In this document: piece after piece, positions 56,604-64,000 of the stretch | How positions within the stretch are numbered: position 1 is the first letter of the stretch | How the letters are laid out: each line of letters opens with the position of its first letter | DNA from: an uncultured Acidobacteriaceae bacterium | Lineage (GTDB): Bacteria; Acidobacteriota; Terriglobia; Terriglobales; Acidobacteriaceae | DNA length: 64,000 bases | NCBI GenBank assembly: GCA_963766625.1 | Contig: CAVYBF010000013.1 | Location: 89,987-153,986 of the forward strand | Reading direction: 5' to 3' | Notes under the pieces: generated by a model | Seen by the model: the letters and a program-made list of their open reading frames with translations, nothing else | Database searches by the model: none | What the model was told of the DNA's origin: nothing | Translations under genes and position numbers: made by a program

Positions 56604-57209
56604 ATGACGACTTATCCCGGCAGTTATGTTGGCATGATGTTCAAAGCAAATCTTGAAAAAGATCCAAACCTTTTAACCTTGGATCATTCACAAATCAACG
56701 CGAAGGCTCAACAGGTTCGCATAAACAACGCACTCAATGATGCGACCCGTGCAGAAGCGACAGATGCTAACACGCTTGAACGCGAGTTGAACAGTTACCG
56801 GCTTGAACTCTTTAATATCGAACAGAGCCTTCGGAGTTCTGAAACCCGCATCAATACGAGTGCCGCAAAGGTGCATCAGCTTCAAGACCGCATTAAAAAG
56901 TTGAAGGCACTCGCGGAACAGTACAGAGCGGCTAACAACGTCTTTGCAGAGCGCGGTTGCAAACATCAAATCGGTTTGGTGGAAGGCGAGTTGTTGTTGG
57001 CTCTAGACGAACTGGCAATGCACCGCCGCGATAACAAAGCTTGCATCAGAGCCTTGCATCTCTTCCATCGCAACAACGATGATGCGATTGAACAATTGCG
57101 ACAGAAGATTGAGGCGAAATATACACCGAAGCCTGTTGCTTCTGATAAGGGCTTTGACCCTCACGCTTGGGATTCAAAGCATTCAAAGCCCGATGGGGTG
57201 AGCAAATGA
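56604..57209 (+). CDS. hypothetical coiled-coil protein
   Basis: It is 201 aa. An RBS (GAAGGAGAA) precedes it, and it has a heptad-rich central region. Confidence 0.5.
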   Translation: MTTYPGSYVGMMFKANLEKDPNLLTLDHSQINAKAQQVRINNALNDATRAEATDANTLERELNSYRLELFNIEQSLRSSETRINTSAAKVHQLQDRIKKLKALAEQYRAANNVFAERGCKHQIGLVEGELLLALDELAMHRRDNKACIRALHLFHRNNDDAIEQLRQKIEAKYTPKPVASDKGFDPHAWDSKHSKPDGVSK

Positions 57210-57370
57210 GTTGCCCTTGTAAAGCGTGCAAAAAGGCGCAACGCGAAGAACGACAGGCCCGCAGTGCGTTGCTAAGAGCAGATGCGAAGCGGGCCTTGGA
57301 TTGGTTGAAAACTGAAAGCGCACTCAAGGCGCAAAAGAAGTCAACCACAACCGGCACCATAAAGGATTAA
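57206..57370 (+). CDS. hypothetical small basic protein (CxCxxC N-terminus)
   Basis: The ATG at 57206 overlaps the previous stop (ATGA). It reads MSCPCKACKKAQREERQARS... Confidence 0.4.
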   Translation: MSCPCKACKKAQREERQARSALLRADAKRALDWLKTESALKAQKKSTTTGTIKD

Positions 57371-57374
57371 CAAC

Positions 57375-57638
57375 ATGCAATCTCTAGAACTCCGACTCAA
57401 TGAGGCTCTTGCTGGCATTGAGGAACGAAACAAACTCATCACCACGCTCAAGCGGCTTCTTCACAAAAAGACACTCGCCTATGCCGAATTACAACGTGAC
57501 TGGCAACTGAAATCTGCCGGTCTTTCACCAGACTCTATCGCCCGGTTGCATCAAGCGTTTGCGACATCAACCAACAATGCCGGTTTGAAAGAGGCAATCA
57601 ATGTTGAACGAAAACGAACTGCTGCAAGCCAAAGATAG
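57375..57638 (+). CDS. hypothetical coiled-coil protein
   Basis: It is 87 aa and tightly packed with its neighbours. Confidence 0.45.
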   Translation: MQSLELRLNEALAGIEERNKLITTLKRLLHKKTLAYAELQRDWQLKSAGLSPDSIARLHQAFATSTNNAGLKEAINVERKRTAASQR

Positions 57639-57834
57639 GCTCATCGAACAGTTAGAAGAAAATGCCAAACTCATGCGGGAACTTATCAACACTCAACGCG
57701 AGCACCTAGCCCGTTTGAGTTACGAGCAACACCGTTTTGAAACGGCCCGCAGTGAGCCGGTGCGCTTCCTTGCGTGGATTTTCTTGCGTGACATTTGGCC
57801 GTTCTCTTTGTTTTGGAATAAAGTTTGCCGCTAA
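57601..57834 (+). CDS. hypothetical protein with C-terminal hydrophobic segment
   Basis: It is 77 aa and overlaps the previous ORF by 38 nt. It ends ..FLAWIFLRDIWPFSLFW. Confidence 0.4.
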   Translation: MLNENELLQAKDRLIEQLEENAKLMRELINTQREHLARLSYEQHRFETARSEPVRFLAWIFLRDIWPFSLFWNKVCR

Positions 57835-57976
57835 CAACTTCAACAGCGTGCGGGGCGCAAATGCGGCAAGATTCCCCGATGGGTCTTGTTTGTACCCACC
57901 ATAAAAAGCAACACCGTTCGGGCCGGTCGGCAACCGGCTCACTTAATTTTTGAGCGACCAAGAAAAAAGGTGATGT

Positions 57977-60091
57977 ATGGCAATATCAGTCGGTGACGCA
58001 ACGTTAACGTTCCTTGGTGACACTACCAAGCTTGACACAACCTTAAATTCCATCGGCCCGAAGGCGAAGGCCGCAATGCAGCCCGCGCAAGACGCGGCAG
58101 ACGATCTAGGCGATTCGTTGAATTCAGCCGGTAAGCAAGGCGAACAGGCCTTCAACCGTGTTGGTAAGTCGGCCCGTGGTGCAACGGAGCAAGTGCGCTT
58201 CCTTGGTGAAGAAACAGGCGTTCGCTTACCCCGTGCGATGGCTGCACTTGTTGCCGATTTGCCGGGTGTAGGTGCCGCGCTCAACGCAGCCTTCACCATC
58301 ACCGCAATTATCTATGCGGTCAGAGAAATTAACGATCTAACCAACAAGCTTGCCGATTGGGTTTATGGCGTCAAAGACGCATCGAAGTTCAATGAGGAAT
58401 GGAATCAGAGCATCGGTGCAGCGAGCAAAGAAGCGAAAGACGCTTCAAGGGCTTTGGCTGATTACGGGAAGTCGGCAGACGATCTCGCACGGGAACATAT
58501 CACAGAGTTGGTTGCTGCCATCAACGATCACACGCGAGCGGCGGAAGAAGCCAAGTTTGAAATGTCTTACCTCACCAAAGGTACTGATGCTTACAATGAG
58601 GCATCGCGCCAATACGTTGAACAAACAAAGCTTGCCACAGCCGCAACTGATGAGCACACGCTTGCCGTGAAGAAGTTGCTTGATGCGGAAGCGGAAGAAG
58701 CCCGCGCCAAGAACCTTGAACAGTTGAAAACTGAACTTGCACTCCGCACAAAGCTTGCCAGTGTGCAAATTTCATATTTGGAGATTATGAATGGGTTGTC
58801 CAAAGACAATGCCGATGAACTCCGTTACCAACTTTCAATCAAGGCACTTCAGGAACAGGCTAGTGCTGAATCGAAGTACGGCAAAGACTCCGTTGCCAAG
58901 GTGAAGGAGATCAACGCACAGATCGAAGAATTGCAGGTTGAGCATACAAAGAAGATGCTCGCTGAACTCAACCAAGAGAAAGAACAAACAACTAAATTGC
59001 TTGATGACATGAGCAAGAGCCTGAAGGTGCAAGGCCCGGTTGATATTGTGCAACCGGCTGTGATGCAGAAGTTGCTTGCTTTCCGCAAAGAGGTATCGGA
59101 GTTGGGTGTCACACTCGACACCGATTTGGCGCAGAAGATTGCGTTGGTAAAGAAAGCGTTGGCGGATTACGCGGAACAAGGCGGGAAGGATGTTTTCGTA
59201 ACCAATCAACTCAAGGAAAAGTTGACAGAGTTGGAACGGCAATACGCTGATTTTCCTAATCAGGAAAAATATCTAAGGAATCAGCTTGAACAGGCGAAAG
59301 CGGCCCATCAAAACACCAAAGCCATTGAACAACAGATCGCGGCTTTGAATCGGCAGGAAAAGGCACTCGGTGTTGAGCCGGGGTTGATTAGCAACATCGT
59401 TACCCAAATACAGCAACTCAAGACCACATCAACCTCAGCGTTTATGACGATGGAAAGTTCCTTCTCATCGGCAATGCAGGGAATGATTCAAGGTCAAGAA
59501 TCCTTTGGTGCTGCAATGGAAAAGAGCACCTTCAAAATGTTGGGTAGCATGGCCCAACAGTGGGCGCTGTATTACCTTGCGTTGGCTGTTGGCAACATGT
59601 TCACAGACCCGGCAGCGGCGGCTGAAGAACTCGCCGCTGGTACGGCTCTTGAAGCGTTGGCCGGTGTGCTCAATGGGATGAGAAGCGGCGGGTCTGGTGG
59701 TAGTGGAGTGAGTGCTGCGAACGGTAACTCACGTGGACAATTTTTTCAGTATGGTTCATCCGTCTCAAACACCGGATCACAGGCAGGAAGCGGGCGCACA
59801 ACGAATGTGCAGGGCTTCGCTACTGGTGCGCTCATCACACGTCCAACACTTGCGACGTTTGCAGAAAGCGGGCCGGAAGTTGCTATTCCGTTGAATGATC
59901 CACGGGCGAAGAAAGCTGTTAATGAAGCTTTTGGTGTTGCCGGTGGTGGTGATATACACAATCACTTTCACATCAAAGGCATGGTGAGTGATGACACCAT
60001 CGCCGGGGTAGTTGCCAAGATCAACAAGAAAGTTAGACGTGGACAACTGACCCTGAAGGCAAGCGACTCACAAAGGATCACCAAGAGGTAG
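57977..60091 (+). CDS. phage tail tape-measure-like protein
   Basis: It is 704 aa with a long coiled-coil core and hydrophobic segments (LPGVGAALNAAFTITAIIYAV; QQWALYYLALAVGNMF). It has a Gly-rich tract and the C-terminal motif TRPTLATFAESGPEVAIPL, which resembles the (GE)AGPEA(V/I)IPL motif of tape-measure proteins. Confidence 0.65.
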   Translation: MAISVGDATLTFLGDTTKLDTTLNSIGPKAKAAMQPAQDAADDLGDSLNSAGKQGEQAFNRVGKSARGATEQVRFLGEETGVRLPRAMAALVADLPGVGAALNAAFTITAIIYAVREINDLTNKLADWVYGVKDASKFNEEWNQSIGAASKEAKDASRALADYGKSADDLAREHITELVAAINDHTRAAEEAKFEMSYLTKGTDAYNEASRQYVEQTKLATAATDEHTLAVKKLLDAEAEEARAKNLEQLKTELALRTKLASVQISYLEIMNGLSKDNADELRYQLSIKALQEQASAESKYGKDSVAKVKEINAQIEELQVEHTKKMLAELNQEKEQTTKLLDDMSKSLKVQGPVDIVQPAVMQKLLAFRKEVSELGVTLDTDLAQKIALVKKALADYAEQGGKDVFVTNQLKEKLTELERQYADFPNQEKYLRNQLEQAKAAHQNTKAIEQQIAALNRQEKALGVEPGLISNIVTQIQQLKTTSTSAFMTMESSFSSAMQGMIQGQESFGAAMEKSTFKMLGSMAQQWALYYLALAVGNMFTDPAAAAEELAAGTALEALAGVLNGMRSGGSGGSGVSAANGNSRGQFFQYGSSVSNTGSQAGSGRTTNVQGFATGALITRPTLATFAESGPEVAIPLNDPRAKKAVNEAFGVAGGGDIHNHFHIKGMVSDDTIAGVVAKINKKVRRGQLTLKASDSQRITKR

Positions 60092-60096
60092 GACAC

Positions 60097-60321
60097 ATGA
60101 CACGTACACGCGGTGAATTTTGGGCAAAGAAGATTTTGTTGGCGTGCGAGTTGAAGAACGACAACACAATTGAGACGGTTGCAAATGCCATTAGCGCCGA
60201 GTGTGTACGCTTCGATGGTGACGGTGAAAGTAATTTTTGCGCTCACTTCTCCGATGGGTCGTGGGTAAAAGGCGTCAAACTCAACCAACATTCTTGGGAA
60301 GTGGGATGGGATGAAAAATGA
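60097..60321 (+). CDS. hypothetical island protein
   Basis: It is 74 aa and starts 5 nt after the tape-measure stop. Confidence 0.4.
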   Translation: MTRTRGEFWAKKILLACELKNDNTIETVANAISAECVRFDGDGESNFCAHFSDGSWVKGVKLNQHSWEVGWDEK

Positions 60322-60503
60322 TGGAAAATCAAATTCAAGTTCAGTATCAGGGCGGTTGGTATCGTGCGCGGTTCGCGGGCCGTTCACAATCTACGTTTGG
60401 TGAAAGCGAATGCGAAGCCAAAGAGCGATTGGAGTATTGGCAAGGTTGTCACGGTGGAACCACCAAGACCCTTTTAAGCAAGAAGTTTTCAGACGAAGGC
60501 TAA
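60318..60503 (+). CDS. hypothetical island protein
   Basis: It is 61 aa with a 4-nt overlap with the upstream ORF. Confidence 0.4.
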   Translation: MMENQIQVQYQGGWYRARFAGRSQSTFGESECEAKERLEYWQGCHGGTTKTLLSKKFSDEG

Positions 60504-60522
60504 ACAACAACGGGGTGCAATC

Positions 60523-60687
60523 ATGGAAAAGATCGAACCTTACGGAAGTGAACCCATCGCAACGTATGATCCGGGCCGCTCGCTCTGCCAACAGATCGCA
60601 GATTTGAAAGAGCGCGTCACAATCTTAACCGATGTGATTTACCAACTCACGCAAAAGCTTGGCGACCAACAACCCCATCGAACCTGA
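60523..60687 (+). CDS. hypothetical small protein (54 aa)
   Basis: This is my own translation, MEKIEPYGSEPIATYDPGRSLCQQIADLKERVTILTDVIYQLTQKLGDQQPHRT. A strong terminator overlaps its stop codon. Confidence 0.35.
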   Translation: MEKIEPYGSEPIATYDPGRSLCQQIADLKERVTILTDVIYQLTQKLGDQQPHRT

Positions 60688-60699
60688 TGGGGTTGTTTT
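60669..60699 (+). terminator. rho-independent terminator ending the rightward island operon
   Basis: A 10-bp perfect stem CAACCCCATC / GATGGGGTTG with a 6-nt loop is followed by TTTTC. Confidence 0.75.
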
Positions 60700-60707
60700 C
60701 ATCTCAC

Positions 60708-60953
60708 TTAATCCAGTATCGAAGTTTCGGGAACAAATCCCCCTGACGGTTGACTCTGATCCACTTTTTTGAGCGAAGTCAGCCTGAACCAGTCTGTCTT
60801 TCTTTCGTTCCTGCTTTTGCTTCGCTCGAACCATGAGCAGATAGCCTCATTGTCGGTTCCACCTTGAACACGTGGGCCAATGTGGTCAATCGTCATCCAC
60901 GGCCCGCCACTCTTTAACTGCACAGTCTCACCAACCTCAAAATCGTTTACCAT
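60708..60953 (-). CDS. DUF2158 / YodC-like small protein
   Basis: FEVGETVQLKSGGPWMTIDHIG...AICSWFE matches the characteristic (V)GD.V.LKSGGP.MTV....C.WF pattern. Confidence 0.7.
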   Translation of the reverse strand: MVNDFEVGETVQLKSGGPWMTIDHIGPRVQGGTDNEAICSWFERSKSRNERKTDWFRLTSLKKVDQSQPSGGFVPETSILD

Positions 60954-61221
60954 TTCACACCCCTTCTCTTCGCAACATAACTAATCAACATTCGGAAGTG
61001 AAGAACCAAAAGGAGCAACGTAGTTACTTCTAAGGTTCCCACCAAACAGCCACCATCAACCCGGCCCTTCCTTACCAAAAAATAACAAACGATAATTTGC
61101 ACGTTGTTAAACTTTAAGTACCGTGAGCCGTAACGCCACTTCGGCCCCATTGCCAGCTTCGCGGCTTCGGGCGAGACTGCGGAAAGTTCGGCAGTCAAAT
61201 TCGATTCACGGAGCAAACAAC

Positions 61222-61368
61222 ATGACGATCACTTGGAAGCAATACCGCAAGGCGTGCGAGCAGTCCAACGTTGAGCCGGTCAGGGCCGACTTCAAGGAAC
61301 AGCAACCGGCTTTCATCTTTCGGCAGATCGCAGCGGAGCAACCAAAGGCGATGGCCGCAAATGCGTGA
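61222..61368 (+). CDS. hypothetical small protein
   Basis: The ATG at 61222 follows GGAG (MTITWKQYRKACEQSNVEPV..). The longer track ORF has an implausible Arg/Ser-rich N-terminus. Confidence 0.3.
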   Translation: MTITWKQYRKACEQSNVEPVRADFKEQQPAFIFRQIAAEQPKAMAANA

Positions 61369-61720
61369 TGGGTGTTGGTTCTGTGGTAGGAACTCAACCC
61401 GGCAGATTGCCAATCCTTCCCATTAGCAACCTTGAGCAAATCAAGCGACAGAAAAGCGAAACAACACCGTTGCACTTTCGTCGCATGTTCACTCTTGAAC
61501 AGTCTGCAAGTAGCTGCAAAATCACGCAAGTTCCCGCATCAGTCTGCAACGCTATTCAACTGAAAACAAAGGCTTTCTGCAAGTGTGGACATTCGGAACC
61601 ACTTTAAATGAGGCGGCTGACTGCGGGCAATCCGGCACTGGCTTCGACGATTGAGGATCAACCGTGACCCACGCCATGGCATCGAACTTGGTAAGTGATC
61701 AATCTGCTGGAGGAAATTAC

Positions 61721-62290
61721 GTGGCAAACACCCTACAAGGCAAGAGAATTGCAATCTTAGCGACCGATGGCTTCGAACAATCCGAACTGATTAAACCGAG
61801 ACAAGCGCTGGACGAAGCGGGCGCGCGCACGCAAGTCGTCTCCCCAAAGGAAGACAAAATCAAAGGCTGGGACATCAAAGACTGGGGCAAAAACGTTCCC
61901 GTCGATGTCCCATTGAAATCGGCGAACCCATCCGAATACGACGCCTTGCTGCTCCCAGGCGGGGTTCAAAATCCAGATCAGCTGCGGATGATTCCTGAGG
62001 CCGTCGAATTCGTGAAGCATTTCGTGGATCAGGGCAAACCGATTGCGGCAATCTGCCACGGTCCATGGATGCTGGTGGAAGCCGATGCCGTCCGTGGCCG
62101 CACCCTGACCTCGTGGCCTTCGCTCAAAACCGATATTCGCAATGCGGGAGGCGTCTGGGTGGATGAACAAGTCATTTTGAGTAACGGAGTGGTTACGAGT
62201 CGGAAGCCGGATGACATTCCCGCGTTCAATCGGGAAATGATCGATTTGTTCTCGAAAGGGCGCAGCAAGGGCGAGCGCAAGGCCGCTTAA
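61721..62290 (+). CDS. DJ-1/PfpI-family protein (YhbO/PfpI-type intracellular protease/deglycase)
   Basis: GTG at 61721 follows GGAGGA. It reads KRIAILATDGFEQSEL and has the nucleophile elbow AAICHGPWML, followed by LTSWPS and VVTSRKPDDIPAF. Confidence 0.85.
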   Translation: MANTLQGKRIAILATDGFEQSELIKPRQALDEAGARTQVVSPKEDKIKGWDIKDWGKNVPVDVPLKSANPSEYDALLLPGGVQNPDQLRMIPEAVEFVKHFVDQGKPIAAICHGPWMLVEADAVRGRTLTSWPSLKTDIRNAGGVWVDEQVILSNGVVTSRKPDDIPAFNREMIDLFSKGRSKGERKAA

Positions 62291-62535
62291 TCTTTTCTTT
62301 TCTTTTAGGGCCTGCCTGGCGGCACTGCGCTTGACCGGCTTTTTGCTCTATCCCTGGGAGGGCTGAACCGTAACCTTTGGGCAACATTTGGATATTTAGT
62401 CATCTCTTGCGGGGTACCAAGGTTACCTTCTCCCGATCTGAAACGGGGTGCAAACTCTAATGATAGAGGATTAGCTCTTTCCGAAGATCGCCTGGAAATG
62501 CTTGCAGTTCCGAGATCTGCATCTGATTGAGGTAT

Positions 62536-64000
62536 ATGGCCTTAACCACAAATCCCCGGGCGCCACTGGAATCTCAGCACTTTCACGTCATCGTGATCGG
62601 GGGCGGGATTAACGGCGTTGCCGTGACACGCGAATGCGCTCGTGCAGGCAAGCGAGTGCTTCTGATTGAGCAGAACGATTTCGCCTCCGGAGTGACCAGC
62701 CGTTCCACCCGCATTATCCACGGCGGGTTGCGCTATCTTGAGCACGGCGAATTGGGGCTGGTTCGCGAATCGCTGCGAGAACGGGAGAGGCTGTTGCGCG
62801 AGCGATCGCACCTCGTGCATCCCATGCACTTCCTTCTGTTGCTCAATGAAAAAAGTCAGCACAGTGCATTGAAGGTGCGGACCGGATTGTGGCTCTACCA
62901 GCGCATGGCTGGAAAACATTCCGGCCGAAAAGCCGGCGAAATGGAATTGAAGCAGTTGGAGCGGGCGCTGGATGCGGGCCATCGATGGTCATTTTTCGAT
63001 TATGAAGACGCGCAATGCGAATTCCCGGAGCGTCTGGTAGCGGAGTGGCTGACCGAGGCAATCGCAGCCGGAGCGGTGGTACGCAATCACGTGGAGGCCT
63101 TAGCCGTGGACGTAGCGCACGGCCGTGCGCACGGTGTCCTGGTGCGCGACCACATCAGTGGACGCGATGAGCGCGTGGACGCGAGCTGGATCATCAACTG
63201 CACCGGCCCCTGGGCAGATCGAGTGTGCCAGCGTTCCTCCATTCGCACCTCGAAGCCGATGCTGGGCGGGGTTCGCGGTTCGCACATTGTGCTGCCCCGG
63301 TTTCCGGGCTCGCCGAGCGCGGCGGTTTATGCCGAGGGCGAGGATGGCCGTCCTATCTTCATTATTCCGTGGAACGATCAGATTCTGGCTGGAACCACCG
63401 AAGTTCCCGACAACGGCGATCCCGCAAGAGCAGTTCCCTCGCCAGATGAAATCAATTATCTCGTGCGTTCGGTTGCACAATTATTTCCCAAGGCGAAAAT
63501 ATCGGCGCGAAATGTGAAGCACGCATTCGCCGGAATTCGACCGCTGCCTTACTCCACCGAGAAGGATCCATCGGCGGTAACGCGAAAACATATTTTGCAC
63601 GATCACTCCGATGATGGCGCAGCGCGCATGATTTCAGCCATTGGCGGCAAACTCACGACGGCCTCGGCGCTGGCTCGCGAATGCGCGCGGAAAATTGGGA
63701 TTAAGGTCAGTGAACCAGGCACAGTCGCAATGGGTCCCGGCCGAGCGCTCGACCCGCTGCTGGATGAAGCCGTGCTGGAAATCGCGCGCATGGGAGCGGT
63801 GAGCGAAGAAACCGCTCGCGGCATGCTGGAGTGGCACGGCAAGCGCGCCGCCGACATCGCTCGCATGGCTCTGGTCAGCGCCGAACTGCGCGCGCCGATC
63901 TGCCCGCACACTTCTCACGTGATCGCCGAAGTCGTCGAGGCGTATCGCAGAGAGTGCGCCATGACTTTAGGCGACGTGCTTCTGCGCCGTGTGCCGGTGG
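62536..64000 (+). CDS. glpD: FAD-dependent glycerol-3-phosphate dehydrogenase (3' end leaves the window)
   Basis: This is my own translation from the ATG at 62536, MALTTNPRAPLESQHFHVIVIGGGINGVAVTRECARAGKRVLLIEQNDFASGVTSRSTRIIHGGLRYLE. That is the GlpD dinucleotide-binding signature. The frame stays open to the window end and is absent from the ORF track because no stop lies in the window. Confidence 0.85.
   Translation, partial: MALTTNPRAPLESQHFHVIVIGGGINGVAVTRECARAGKRVLLIEQNDFASGVTSRSTRIIHGGLRYLEHGELGLVRESLRERERLLRERSHLVHPMHFLLLLNEKSQHSALKVRTGLWLYQRMAGKHSGRKAGEMELKQLERALDAGHRWSFFDYEDAQCEFPERLVAEWLTEAIAAGAVVRNHVEALAVDVAHGRAHGVLVRDHISGRDERVDASWIINCTGPWADRVCQRSSIRTSKPMLGGVRGSHIVLPRFPGSPSAAVYAEGEDGRPIFIIPWNDQILAGTTEVPDNGDPARAVPSPDEINYLVRSVAQLFPKAKISARNVKHAFAGIRPLPYSTEKDPSAVTRKHILHDHSDDGAARMISAIGGKLTTASALARECARKIGIKVSEPGTVAMGPGRALDPLLDEAVLEIARMGAVSEETARGMLEWHGKRAADIARMALVSAELRAPICPHTSHVIAEVVEAYRRECAMTLGDVLLRRVPV

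Larger units (their letters stand above)
50861..61593. mobile_element. integrated element of about 10.7 kb (integrase + iteron origin + RepA-like ATPase + prophage-remnant genes); boundaries provisional
   Basis: A tyrosine integrase lies at the left end. The block is visibly more AT-rich than the flanks (estimated by eye, not computed), and its genes are all hypothetical or phage- or plasmid-like. A 10-bp direct repeat TGTGGACATT occurs at 50861-50870 and 61584-61593. Housekeeping genes (mazG, DJ-1/PfpI) flank the block. Confidence 0.65.

Noticed and set aside
60947-61216. 89-aa minus-strand ORF
   Set aside because: It has a hydrophobic or odd composition and overlaps the DUF2158 gene start and the plus-strand small ORF. 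There is no supporting signal.

Overview
This is a 64 kb chromosomal segment. From gene content it is most likely an Acidobacteriota (Terriglobia-like) genome; no database search was run. I found no rRNA, tRNA or CRISPR array.

Gene order, left to right:
- 1-1.8 kb: a TPR / transmembrane / PEGA protein, partial at the window edge.
- 1.9-3.2 kb: a secreted amidohydrolase.
- 3.3-8.7 kb: a divergent dlt-like cassette. It has a carrier protein, an acyl/aminoacyl-AMP ligase that is frameshifted at a G5 run, an MBOAT acyltransferase and an SGNH+TPR protein.
- 8.8-22.2 kb: a cell-surface island. It holds a 12-blade NHL protein, a protein with about 16 YVTN repeats plus four chitobiase-C-like domains, and three GT-C/PMT-like membrane glycosyltransferases.
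- 22.2-33.0 kb: a minus-strand redox locus. It encodes a 16-haem, a 4-haem and a 12-haem c-type cytochrome, two NHL beta-propellers, a SurA/parvulin chaperone and a 620-aa outer-membrane beta-barrel. I read it as a putative porin-cytochrome electron conduit of unusual composition, and it is my top candidate for a novel system.
- 33.4-50.9 kb: housekeeping and envelope genes. These are a vWA-like protein, a YceI-like protein, a fused LptF-LptG permease, a lactonase-type propeller, a Cpx-like HK/RR pair divergent from a Spy/CpxP-like LTXXQ protein, an MsbA-type ABC exporter, two SAM methyltransferases, bactofilin, an OSBS/NSAR enolase-family enzyme with an adjacent GNAT, and MazG.
- 50.9-61.6 kb: an integrated element of about 10.7 kb that looks more AT-rich by eye. 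It carries a tyrosine integrase, an AT-rich plus iteron origin-like region, a RepA/AAA_25-like ATPase, an Sm/Hfq-like small protein, an orphan tape-measure-like protein and a DUF2158 protein.
- 61.7-64.0 kb: a DJ-1/PfpI gene and glpD, partial at the window edge.

Several REP-like hairpin elements lie in intergenic regions. All functional calls come from motif recognition in the supplied translations or my own hand translations.
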